Virus record (IMG/VR): IMGVR_UViG_3300048598_000477
Span: 1 to 28,658 of that record
DNA: 28,658 bases
Strand: one strand, 5' to 3'
DNA from: a virus
Lineage: Duplodnaviria; Caudoviricetes
The notes under the pieces are model-generated. The model was given only the letters and a program-made list of their open reading frames with translations. It did no database searches and was not told the origin of the DNA. Below are positions 16,770-24,824 of this stretch, one piece after another; the stretch's first letter is position 1, and every line of letters starts with the position of its first letter. The translations under genes were made by a program, and so were the position numbers.

Positions 16770-17492
16770 TCACCTGTCAGTCGTTATGTTGTACGGTCCC
16801 TTCCTCGCCGGAAGATCGGGCGTCATGTGGAGGCGTTCGTGGTTCATGCGCTCCACCACATTCTTCGAGTCCCGGGCAAGGGCCGCGATGTCGCCGGGAA
16901 CCGGGCTCGAATGCTTGAAATACGACCGGTAGAGGCGAAGTGCGAGGTTATAGAGAAGTGCCTCATGATAGGCGGTCTGGAAGCTCACCACGTCCGTGAG
17001 GCCGGCGAACTCGGTCAGGGCTTTTTGCTGCCCGAGGAAAAGGGTGTAAGGGGCGTCGGGGGCCGGGTAGAGCCATATCACCCCGGTCTGCACCGTTGCC
17101 TGGGCGAGCCCCTCGTCAAAGTAGATAGATAGCGGCCGCCCCGTGACGATCTCCTTGTCCCCGTACCCATTCCACTCGTCCATGCTCACGATGTCGAGCC
17201 TTGAGTCGACCTTGCTGTTGTCACGAATAAAGGCATCGGTGATCCCGGAGGGTTTGGGCGTGTTGAAATCGCCCCCGAGGCCGATGGTGTAGGCGTTCTT
17301 TCCGGCAGCGAGGGGAAACTGCTCCATGAGGGTACCCGACACCATGAGCCCGTCCACGGACCACGCGTCGAGCATGAGGTTGAGCCGCCTGAGCCCGTTC
17401 GTGAGCTCCGCGGGTGACGGCGCCTCGTCGAGCTGCACGGCGCCGATGGTATCGATGGCAAGGGTGATAAGCTGACCGACGGTAATGATCAT
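16770..17492 (-). CDS. Head-to-tail adaptor (P22 gp4-like)
   Basis: TVGQLITLA..IGA...E.PS..E...GL..LN.MLD.W...LYPAPD...Y.EAL.YNLALRL. The ATG at 17492 overlaps the upstream stop; an alternative GTG lies at 17501. Confidence 0.8.
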   Translation of the reverse strand: MIITVGQLITLAIDTIGAVQLDEAPSPAELTNGLRRLNLMLDAWSVDGLMVSGTLMEQFPLAAGKNAYTIGLGGDFNTPKPSGITDAFIRDNSKVDSRLDIVSMDEWNGYGDKEIVTGRPLSIYFDEGLAQATVQTGVIWLYPAPDAPYTLFLGQQKALTEFAGLTDVVSFQTAYHEALLYNLALRLYRSYFKHSSPVPGDIAALARDSKNVVERMNHERLHMTPDLPARKGPYNITTDR

Positions 17493-18385
17493 GTGGGCCA
17501 CCTTTTGGAGAGATGCGCTGTCTGGAACCCCCGTTCGTTTATCGTGAGGAACATGCCGTAGCGCTCGGCTATCCTGTCACGGTAGGCGAGGTCCTTGTAT
17601 GTTGCCGTGGGGCGGGTGTCGACACAGACGCCTTGTGCCTTGTCGTAGAGCCGGTAGCGGCCCGCCCTTATCTTGGGCGATGCCTCCCGGAGCATGTCGA
17701 GCATGGTCTGGCCCACGTCGTCCACTTTTTCCGTGCTCGCCCTCTTCCTCAAGGGCATTGCCGCCCCGCACATGGGACAAAACGCCCGCATCTGCTCGGT
17801 GAAATCCACCGGGGATCTCCGCCACCATCCCGGCTCGACGGGCCAGGCTGTCTCCTTCTGCCCTGTCGCCATGGCGAGGGCCGCGGCCACTTCGCAGAAG
17901 AAGGCGCCATGAGGGTTGATGGACGCGCTCCAGGTGTTCTGCACCCAGCACTTGTCGATGAGATACCAGGCCATCCAGGACTCCATGCCGAGGTCGCACG
18001 GGGGCACGAGGATGGGCGCGTGCATGATGTCGTCCCTGGTCTGGTCGTTGAGGAAGACGTTGCCGAAGGTCCTCGCAATAACGTCCCGGTGGCGTTCGAA
18101 CCCTTTCGGGAAGCACGTCCACAGGCCGCAGCGCTCGGGCGGGATCTTTTCGTGGAGGTAGTCGCACATGGCCTCGAAATCAGGATGGAGAAGAGGCTCA
18201 CCCCCCATCATGCCCGTCATCTTCGGAAAGTCGACGAGTGAATCGACCGCCCGGGTGAAGGTATCGAAGCCCATGGCATAGGGCTTTGCATGGTGCCCCA
18301 CGAGGCGGGTACAGTTGGCGCACCCCACGGGGCAGTTGTTCGTGATCTCGATCTGGATGGTGTCCATGTCGAGTAGTGGTCTCAT
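17489..18385 (-). CDS. Radical SAM enzyme
   Basis: ITNNCPVGCANC (CxxxCxxC), GGEPLLHP and extra C-terminal cysteines (CWVQ..., FFCE, FCPMCG). ATG at 18385 with GGAG RBS. Confidence 0.88.
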   Translation of the reverse strand: MRPLLDMDTIQIEITNNCPVGCANCTRLVGHHAKPYAMGFDTFTRAVDSLVDFPKMTGMMGGEPLLHPDFEAMCDYLHEKIPPERCGLWTCFPKGFERHRDVIARTFGNVFLNDQTRDDIMHAPILVPPCDLGMESWMAWYLIDKCWVQNTWSASINPHGAFFCEVAAALAMATGQKETAWPVEPGWWRRSPVDFTEQMRAFCPMCGAAMPLRKRASTEKVDDVGQTMLDMLREASPKIRAGRYRLYDKAQGVCVDTRPTATYKDLAYRDRIAERYGMFLTINERGFQTAHLSKRWPT

Positions 18386-18531
18386 AGGTCTCTCCAAGGG
18401 TGGCCGAACTGTTGCGAGCCGTCCTTTTCTGTCGACGCGCCCAGGATGTGCACAATGATGGATGTGTCATGCCGAGACAAAAAAGGGGCTCCTTCTCCAA
18501 TCGATGCCTGTGGCTCTGCAATACATAACAA

Positions 18532-18657
18532 GGCCGGAGAGAATTTTGATGCAGAGCGCGAAGCGGGGACGGCGCCCGGACCGGAGCATACTTCGTGCGT
18601 ATGTGAGGATCCGGGCCCGGCACCGGCGACAAAGCTATGCGCAAAATTATCCCGGCC
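18532..18657. other. Long imperfect rod-like hairpin in an intergenic gap
   Basis: Nested stems ggccgg/ccggcc, aattttg/caaaatt, gcccgga/tccgggc and gcatac/gtatgt, with a central weakly paired region. Confidence 0.5.
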
Positions 18658-18659
18658 CC

Positions 18660-19346
18660 TCATACCACCCCCCACTCTCTCAGCTTCTGTTTGAGCAACA
18701 CGACCTTCTTCTCCGCCGGCACGCGGTATTCGTGGTAGAAGATGCAGGGTGCGCCGTAGCTCGCGCAGATCTCGGGGATGAGCATATGCTTGAGGCCGTA
18801 ACGGGCAATGTTGCGGGAGACCACGTAGTCGTCGATGAGGTGCTCGGGCCTTATCACCGTGCCAACCTCTTCGACCGTGGGGTGGATGTTCTTCACCGCC
18901 TCCCCGAGAGTGAGGTCTTCCAGGGGGTGCCAGTAGTCGAGGCACCAGTCGGACGCGATGCCGCACCAGTTGCCCTTGCCGATCCACCGCCGGTCGCGGA
19001 GGAAATACTTGTCGGGGGTAAAGCGGACGGGCACGAAGTCGGAGCCGTAGGAAACGGTGACGTCCTTGCCGATGACGGCGGTGACGTCGAAGAAATCGGG
19101 GTGGAGCAGCGCGTCCGCGTCGAAGAAGACGACCCAGTCGCTCTGCCGCTCCTTCTCCATCTCCCATATCTGGAACTTCTCGTAGACCGGCGGCATATCG
19201 GGGTGTCTGCGCTGGTCGATCACGTGGAAGTCGGCCCCGATCTTTGCCGCGAAGGCCTTCAGGAGCGGGAACGTAATCGCCGTGATGTCCGGCTCGTAGT
19301 CGTCGACCGCCAGCGTGTAGAGTGTCTTTTTCAATTGCCTCTCCAA
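18660..19346 (-). CDS. GT-A fold glycosyltransferase / nucleotide-diphospho-sugar transferase
   Basis: AFAAKIGADF...YEKFQI...DWVVFFDADALL (DxD motif). TTG start with AAAGGAG RBS. Confidence 0.75.
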   Translation of the reverse strand: MERQLKKTLYTLAVDDYEPDITAITFPLLKAFAAKIGADFHVIDQRRHPDMPPVYEKFQIWEMEKERQSDWVVFFDADALLHPDFFDVTAVIGKDVTVSYGSDFVPVRFTPDKYFLRDRRWIGKGNWCGIASDWCLDYWHPLEDLTLGEAVKNIHPTVEEVGTVIRPEHLIDDYVVSRNIARYGLKHMLIPEICASYGAPCIFYHEYRVPAEKKVVLLKQKLREWGVV

Positions 19347-19479
19347 GGTCTCTCCTTTCGATGCTTCATTTATGAGGGCGAGGGGCTATCGAAAGGAGGG
19401 GCGGCCTGGTTGCCCGCCTTAAGTGCCCCCCGCCCTCGAACTTCGCCGTGCTCGGCGGGCCGGAACTCCGGCCCGCTTC

Positions 19480-19629
19480 CTATTTCTTCTTTCCCGTCAG
19501 GCCAGCCCTGGTCTTTGCCACCGGGGCATACGCGGTGGAGCCGCCGGAGGCCCTCTTCGGCGCCGCCTCTGCCTTGCCCTTGCCCGCGCATTTCTTGTCG
19601 TTCACGTGTGCTTTGTTGTTGGCTGCCAC
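19480..19629 (-). CDS. Small Lys/Ala-rich protein (49 aa), absent from the ORF track
   Basis: GGAGGTGA RBS, GTG at 19629, MAANNKAHVNDKKCAGKGKAEAAPKRASGGSTAYAPVAKTRAGLTGKKK, TAG at 19480. Directly after the coat gene. Confidence 0.6.
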   Translation of the reverse strand: MAANNKAHVNDKKCAGKGKAEAAPKRASGGSTAYAPVAKTRAGLTGKKK

Positions 19630-19667
19630 AGTATCACCTCCCTTTGTTTCTCGCTTTCGCCCTTTCG

Positions 19668-19695
19668 ATTCGCGATTCGCGTTTCGACTTTCGCG
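19668..19695. repeat. Heptamer array
   Basis: attcgcg-attcgcg-tttcgac-tttcgcg immediately after the coat stop codon. Confidence 0.75.
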
Positions 19696-19705
19696 TTGTC
19701 TTTCC

Positions 19706-20983
19706 CTACCCTGCTATCCTGCACGCCAGCTCCGGCCGCAATATGTCTGCCCCCCACAGCACGTCGATCCTGCAGGGGAGCGTGTCCGCGTTGATGTCGT
19801 AAGCCCTCACTATCCTCATGGAGATCCCGTCGTAGGTCTCCCGGGCCGCGAAGTCGACGCCGTTCGGCATCTCCAGGTCCACCGTGGCGAGGGTCGCAAA
19901 GTCCTGGTGGTACGCGATGTTGAGGGGAAAGCTGCCGTTGGCCGCGCCCGAGAGCAGGGTCATGCTCGCCCCGTTCGCGGGAAGGGCCGTCACCGTGCCG
20001 TTCGCCACGTTTGCCCCGGCAGCGACGATCGGGGGCGATACGGTAATGGTACAGGTGCCGTTCGCGGCTGCGTTGTTCGTTGGCGAGGTGACGGTGAACA
20101 TCGCGAGCTGCCCGGTGGAAAGCTGGTTCTCGGGGTTCACGGAAAAAACGTTCGCGAGGGTAAAGACCTCACCCTGGCTGATCCAGTTCGTCGCGTTCGC
20201 CGTGATGCCGCCTATGGTGAGGTTGGCCCCCGACTGGTTGGCCCCGGAGACCGCATAGCTCGCCGAGCCCGCGTGGGTGCCGACCGCAAGGAGCGGGATG
20301 TTCTGGTCCATGGCGAACTCGAAGCCCAGGGCCGTTCCCATCACGCCTTTCCTGTACTGTTTGGAGATGGAGCCCGAATCCTGGAAGAGGCCGGAAAGGG
20401 CGCTCACCGACAGGGCCTGCGCCATGGGAGAAAAGCAGACGCGCCTGTTCTCGTCACGGGGAGTGGCGTACATGTCCATGATTGCCCCGGCGTTGAGGTA
20501 GACCTGGGGCGCGTTGTACTGCAGAAGGCCGGTGGTGCTGCCACCCGAGGTGCCCGGCGTCGTTCCCGCCGTGCCCACCTGGTTGAAGACCCTGGGCGTG
20601 GTCTTGGCCAGGGCTTTCGCGTCGATGTAGCCCGCGAGGGTAGCCATGGCCGGAGTGAGGATGCGCCTCGAAAAGTCATCGAGGCTCAGCGTGAGCTCTG
20701 CGGTGGTGAAGGAGACGTCCACGTGGGACTGGTCGGTGATGGTGACGGGGGTGGTCGTTTCCACGCTGTTCTGCGGCGCGAGGTTCGCGCCGCTCGACAC
20801 GTAGTACCTGTTGGGGAGCCGCACATTGGCGACCGACCCGATCTTGGCGCCCTGGACGGCGAACTCGTTCGAATACTGCCTGTTCACGTTCTTCGCGAAG
20901 ACGAGGTTGTTATGAAGCACACGAAGCGCCTCACGAAGGATCATGGCAGGGGTGAGAAGGGTGTTGTTTGCAGTAGTTCCCAT
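19706..20983 (-). CDS. Major capsid protein (P22 gp5-like coat)
   Basis: NTLLTP.MI.REALRVL.NNL.F...VNRQY..EF...GAKIG....VRLP...FEFAMDQN...CRIDVLWG...RPELACRI. Confidence 0.92.
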   Translation of the reverse strand: MGTTANNTLLTPAMILREALRVLHNNLVFAKNVNRQYSNEFAVQGAKIGSVANVRLPNRYYVSSGANLAPQNSVETTTPVTITDQSHVDVSFTTAELTLSLDDFSRRILTPAMATLAGYIDAKALAKTTPRVFNQVGTAGTTPGTSGGSTTGLLQYNAPQVYLNAGAIMDMYATPRDENRRVCFSPMAQALSVSALSGLFQDSGSISKQYRKGVMGTALGFEFAMDQNIPLLAVGTHAGSASYAVSGANQSGANLTIGGITANATNWISQGEVFTLANVFSVNPENQLSTGQLAMFTVTSPTNNAAANGTCTITVSPPIVAAGANVANGTVTALPANGASMTLLSGAANGSFPLNIAYHQDFATLATVDLEMPNGVDFAARETYDGISMRIVRAYDINADTLPCRIDVLWGADILRPELACRIAG

Positions 20984-21000
20984 AGTAGCTCCTTTTTAAT

Positions 21001-21163
21001 CGCGAAAGTCGAAACGCGAAACTGAAAAGCGTCAATGCGGTTGCTTGTGTTTTGCCCTTCCCAGTTGTTTCTTCGCACTTTCGCCGTGAGCTCCTCGATT
21101 CGACTTTCCAATGTCTTCGTTTCTTTGTCTTCCTGTTTCGCGATTCGCGTTTCCACTTTCGCG
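21001..21163. repeat. Inverted pair of heptamer arrays between scaffold and coat genes
   Basis: cgcgaaa-gtcgaaa-cgcgaaa (21001-21021) and tttcgcg-attcgcg-tttccac-tttcgcg (21136-21163). Confidence 0.75.
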
Positions 21164-21172
21164 TTGTCTTTT

Positions 21173-22087
21173 CTACCTCCCATATTGCTTCTCGTTCCGG
21201 CTCCTCATGAACTCGTCGATGTCGACCTTGTCGAGCGGCGTGTCTATTGCCGATCCGTTGTTGACGACGGGTCTCACGGGGGGAGGTGCTTTCGATTGTT
21301 GTGGCGCCGGCGACTGGGTTGCCGGACGCCCCTGTGCGCCGAGTCTCGCCACGATCTGTGCCAGCTCGCCGATCGCGAAGTACGGGTTCGACCTGGCGAG
21401 GTGCGCGGTCTGCTCCATGTGGTCGTTCAGGTAAAGGATGAGCTGGGGCCCCGCAGGCGAGAGTGCGATGTATTCCGCCATTGCCACGTTTATGGACGCG
21501 CCCACATTGTCGAATGCTTCGGGGAGCTGAGGCGCGGTTTTCGCCGCCTCGTCGAGCCTCTGGACGAACGCCTGCTGCACGCTCTCCACGGCCGTCTTCC
21601 GGGTAACCGCCTGCCGTATCTGGCCGGCCCGGTAGTCGACCATGTCGTCCACCCACCTCTCCCTGGCCGCCTCGAAATCCTCGAAGGTCTCGAAGTCTTC
21701 GATGACGGGTTTGGGAGGCGGGCCCTCGGGCGCCACAGGCACGGGCGCAGGGGCGAATTGAGGCGCAGCAGCACCGGCCGCCCTCCCCTCTGCCACGCCG
21801 CGCCAGTACGCTGCCTCTGCCTCGACCTGGTGCGTCCTCTTCCTCAGCCCGATAAGCTCCTTTACCGCCTTGCTGCTTGTCGCCCCTTCCGGTTCCGAGC
21901 CGGTCTGTTCGGGGATTTCAGGGGCCTGCGTCTCCTCGCTGCCGGGGGCCGACTCCGGCAAGTTTTCGGCCTGGGTGCTGCCGTTGTTCCGTGATGCGAC
22001 AAACTCTTCCATGGTCTGTTCCGGGGCTGCCGAAGCCCCCGCGACGGCTGGTGCGGCGGAGATACCGCCGATTGGTTGGTCAGACAT
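21173..22087 (-). CDS. Scaffolding protein (P22 gp8-like)
   Basis: ATG at 22087 with AGGAGG RBS. Acidic/Pro-rich N-terminus, PKP.IEDFET.EDF..A, GPQLILYL, SKAPPPVRPV, DEFMRSRN. Directly upstream of the coat gene. Confidence 0.82.
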   Translation of the reverse strand: MSDQPIGGISAAPAVAGASAAPEQTMEEFVASRNNGSTQAENLPESAPGSEETQAPEIPEQTGSEPEGATSSKAVKELIGLRKRTHQVEAEAAYWRGVAEGRAAGAAAPQFAPAPVPVAPEGPPPKPVIEDFETFEDFEAARERWVDDMVDYRAGQIRQAVTRKTAVESVQQAFVQRLDEAAKTAPQLPEAFDNVGASINVAMAEYIALSPAGPQLILYLNDHMEQTAHLARSNPYFAIGELAQIVARLGAQGRPATQSPAPQQSKAPPPVRPVVNNGSAIDTPLDKVDIDEFMRSRNEKQYGR

Positions 22088-22124
22088 GTGTGCGCCTCCT
22101 GTTTTTTGAGCCGGGGGGTAAAAC

Positions 22125-22295
22125 CGACGGACGATGGAGGACCGGTCGCTTCGCTCCCTCGGACGACCGCTCCCGGGGCTGCGCCCCGTCCGCTCGGACG
22201 CCAAAGCTCGTTTTGTCTCTCTCGTCCGAGCGCACCACGCTTTCCGGTGCGCGGTCGTCCATCGTCCGAGTCCCGAAGGGACGATCGTCCGTCGG
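22125..22295. repeat. TCGTCC(G/A)-family composite repeat
   Basis: Homologous, in the same orientation, to 24575-24805 (e.g. tcgtccgag..accacgcttt..ggtgcgcggtcgtcc..gagtcccg.agggacg.tcgtccgtcg). Confidence 0.8.
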
Positions 22296-22343
22296 CTTTT
22301 TCCCCTGTCCCTCGTGCTCCGTCATTCTCTCGCTCCCGAAAAA

Positions 22344-22456
22344 CGGGCCAAACAAAAAGGGCGACAGTAGTAAGTGGTGTAGGCACCTACACTGCCGCCC
22401 TCGTTGTTTGCTTGCGTCCACCCCGAAGTTGGCCGACTTCAGGGCAGAACCCGAAT
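22344..22456 (-). promoter_or_regulatory. Structured leader with terminator-like hairpin upstream of the scaffold gene
   Basis: On the minus strand: ccctgaagt/acttcgggg hairpin, then gggcggcagt...actgtcgccc followed by TTTTTGTTT. G-U pairs favour the minus strand. Confidence 0.55.
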
Positions 22457-22524
22457 TGTGACTATCTACATCCCTGTACCACTCCTCTTGTCATTGTGCT
22501 GCAATCCTTGTCTTTGTCCTTCCC

Positions 22525-22554
22525 TTGACATTCCCGTGGCCTTGCTCGTAGTCT
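22525..22554 (+). promoter_or_regulatory. sigma70-type promoter, antisense to the operon
   Basis: TTGACA-18 bp-TAGTCT; duplicated with 22695-22723. Confidence 0.65.
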
Positions 22555-22563
22555 AGTGCCTAT

Positions 22564-22622
22564 GCCGGGGATCGTTTCGGGCGTACAGGTGGGGAGTCGC
22601 AAGGCTCATCGTCCACCCCGGC
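22564..22622 (+). ncRNA. Candidate small structured RNA 1
   Basis: Closing stem gccgg(gg)/(cc)ccggc, cgtttcgggcgt hairpin and gagtc-GCAA-ggctc GNRA hairpin. Confidence 0.5.
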
Positions 22623-22694
22623 GTTCCAGCTTCTTCGAAAAAAGGCTTCGGCACTTCTGGCCCCCGCTGAATTGGTTTTGTTTTTGTCCTTCTC

Positions 22695-22723
22695 TTGACA
22701 TCCCCACAGGTCGCTCGTAATCT
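22695..22723 (+). promoter_or_regulatory. sigma70-type promoter, antisense to the operon
   Basis: TTGACA-17 bp-TAATCT. Confidence 0.7.
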
Positions 22724-22732
22724 AGTACAAGT

Positions 22733-22804
22733 GCCGCGAAGGCGTTTAGGACGTAGGAGAGGGGCGCGAACGGCGAAAGCTTGAGCGTATCAACTCGTCG
22801 CGGC
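22733..22804 (+). ncRNA. Candidate small structured RNA 2, overlapping the nuclease stop codon
   Basis: Closing stem gccgcga/tcgcggc, gcgtt-tag-gacgt hairpin and ggc-GAAA-gct GNRA hairpin; same order of elements as RNA 1. Confidence 0.5.
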
Positions 22805-24655
22805 CTTAACAATGTGCAGACTGGTAGGGCAGACAGTGCCTCGCTTCGTCCGCGCCTCTTCCACGTAATAGATCGTGCCGTTTATTCTCTTTTTGTAGAG
22901 CACCGCATCCCGTCCCACCTTTGTCTTTCCAACGTACTCGACGACATCCGCTGTCTCCACGATCTCCGGGATCCGAGCGATGTCTTCTTTTGTTACCGCG
23001 ATCTGCCCCCGCTTCTTTTCGACAACGGAATCACCATGTTTGCCGTGTATATGCCTGATCGAATAGTTGTCCATGTCTCTTGTGTAGCCCGATAGATCAA
23101 TATCCACTCCTTCCTTCTTCGCAGCTTCCTTTACCCGCCTGGCATTCTCTTCGCTCACTCTCCCCAGGGATATCCTTTTCAGAGAATTGTCTTTTGGATT
23201 GAGCGCAGAATCATAGAGGCGAGTGACCGCTTCCGAATACCGAAGACCATTCAGCTCGGACGAGTTGCTTTCGACTATAGTATCAGGACCTAACCTCGGT
23301 TTGGTGCTTGTAACGGTGGGACCCTCTCGGCCGGCATCGGTTCCTTGCCGCGGCCCCATCGTCTTCCCTTTTCCTTCTCCTGTGTCAAAAATGGTCTGTC
23401 CGGTGGGGACGGGTTTCTCCCGAGCCAACCTTTCAGGCAGCCCGGCCTTCTTCCCGCCCTTCCCCGCCACGCCCAGCAAAGCTATATTTCCCGACATCCT
23501 CACTGCGCGGCCGGCGTTGGGGTAACCTTTATCGGCCAGTTCGCTCTTGATCCTCTCCAGGGCTTCCGAGGGCTTGTTCGCGAGCTGCAGGGGCGGTATC
23601 TTGTTGATCTTTTCCAGGGCCCGGGTGGTGAGCTCCGCTCTCGGCTCGTTTGGCCGGGTGATGTAGTCGTAGATGCCTCTCTCGACGTTCTCTCCCGTTT
23701 CCAAGGGGTGCCGGGGTGGTGCAACGAGGGAGGGCGCAACCTTCGATGCGAGCCGCCTCCAGGGATAGGCCACGGTTGCCGCGGCAGCTGCAACAGGGTT
23801 AGCTATCGTTGCCGATGGAAAGGCAATCATCTGCCGCAGGAGGTTCTTGGGAACGTCGGCAGCCGCTGCTACGTCCTGGGCGATCCTCTCACCCACCCAT
23901 GGCGCTTTCCGGAATTGGGGATGGACGTTGGTCGACTGGGCAGGCGCGTTCTCGACACCGAGCACGGTCTCCCTGGGCCTTTCCTCAAGCGCCCTCGGGA
24001 CGGGGGCGGACGGGTGCTCGGCCCGAAACTCGGCTTTATCGGGACCACCGGGCAGTTTGTTGATGTCGTATCCATAGGGAAGACCGAGGACGGTTTGTTG
24101 CGGCCTTTCGTAGTGCCCCCTGCTCCGCTCGATCTTATTGGCTCCTGCCGATTGGTCCGCAGCCTGAACGGCCTGTGCGGGTGCCGGCGTCTTTGCGCCG
24201 GCCTGGTCAGGTCTCGTCTGCGACAAAGAATAGGTGTTCTCCGCTCCCCGCGTGCCGTAGGCAATGGGCTGTCCGTTGAGCGCGTAGACGTTGACGCCGT
24301 TGTCGTCCGTCATCTCGAGGGAGCCCACTTTCGAGAGCACTGGGTTCCCGTTCCAGTATCCGACCCCCATGCCCGGGCTCATGGTCTCTATCTGCCGGAC
24401 TTTCCTCATCTCCCTTTCCTGCAGCCGACGGAGCTCCTGTATGGCGCGGTCCGGGCTCCTCTGGTAAAGGACCCCGCCGGGAGAAAGGGCGTCTATGTAT
24501 GTCGGGGCCTTGGAGAAGCTCGAAGACTGCTGCGGCAAGGGCCGAGGGACGACCGCGTCTCGGAACGGCCCGAGCCGCTCGGACGACGGACGACCGTTCG
24601 CTTCGTTCACTCGGACGCCAAAACCAGGGTTTCTTCCGCTCATCGTTCGATCCAA
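22790..24655 (-). CDS. Protein with C-terminal PBECR3-like RNase/toxin domain (start uncertain)
   Basis: C-terminal DNYSIRHIHGKHG...EKKRGQIAVTKEDIARIPEIV...D......G...VLYKK.INGTIYYVEE.R matches phage BECR nuclease 3. Lies between portal and scaffold genes. The first ~40 codons run through a repeat element. Confidence 0.72.
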   Translation of the reverse strand: MDRTMSGRNPGFGVRVNEANGRPSSERLGPFRDAVVPRPLPQQSSSFSKAPTYIDALSPGGVLYQRSPDRAIQELRRLQEREMRKVRQIETMSPGMGVGYWNGNPVLSKVGSLEMTDDNGVNVYALNGQPIAYGTRGAENTYSLSQTRPDQAGAKTPAPAQAVQAADQSAGANKIERSRGHYERPQQTVLGLPYGYDINKLPGGPDKAEFRAEHPSAPVPRALEERPRETVLGVENAPAQSTNVHPQFRKAPWVGERIAQDVAAAADVPKNLLRQMIAFPSATIANPVAAAAATVAYPWRRLASKVAPSLVAPPRHPLETGENVERGIYDYITRPNEPRAELTTRALEKINKIPPLQLANKPSEALERIKSELADKGYPNAGRAVRMSGNIALLGVAGKGGKKAGLPERLAREKPVPTGQTIFDTGEGKGKTMGPRQGTDAGREGPTVTSTKPRLGPDTIVESNSSELNGLRYSEAVTRLYDSALNPKDNSLKRISLGRVSEENARRVKEAAKKEGVDIDLSGYTRDMDNYSIRHIHGKHGDSVVEKKRGQIAVTKEDIARIPEIVETADVVEYVGKTKVGRDAVLYKKRINGTIYYVEEARTKRGTVCPTSLHIVKAATS

Positions 24656-24805
24656 TGGTAGATGCTCTGCCTTACTTGTTTCGCGTTTCGCGATTCGACT
24701 TTCGCGATTTCCTTCGCTTCTCGTCCATCGTCCGAGTGAACCACGCTTTTCGGGGTGCGCGGTCGTCCGAGTCCCGCAGGGACGGTCGTCCGTCGTCCGT
24801 CGGTC
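24575..24805. repeat. Composite TCGTCC-family repeat plus heptamer array (24679-24706)
   Basis: tttcgcg-tttcgcg-attcgac-tttcgcg, flanked by TCGTCC(G/A) units homologous to 22125-22295. Confidence 0.8.
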
Positions 24806-24824
24806 TTTCTCTTCCCTTCCCGCC

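Noticed and set aside
20941-21183. 80-aa ORF between scaffold and coat genes
   Set aside because: Largely a translation of the heptamer arrays (AKVETRIAK, FRVSTFAI), and it overlaps both neighbours.
22606-22812. 68-aa ORF (and 7577-7783) as a protein immunity gene
   Set aside because: No clear RBS or protein-like features; each is the reverse reading of the promoter/RNA cassette. Not strictly excluded without proteomics.
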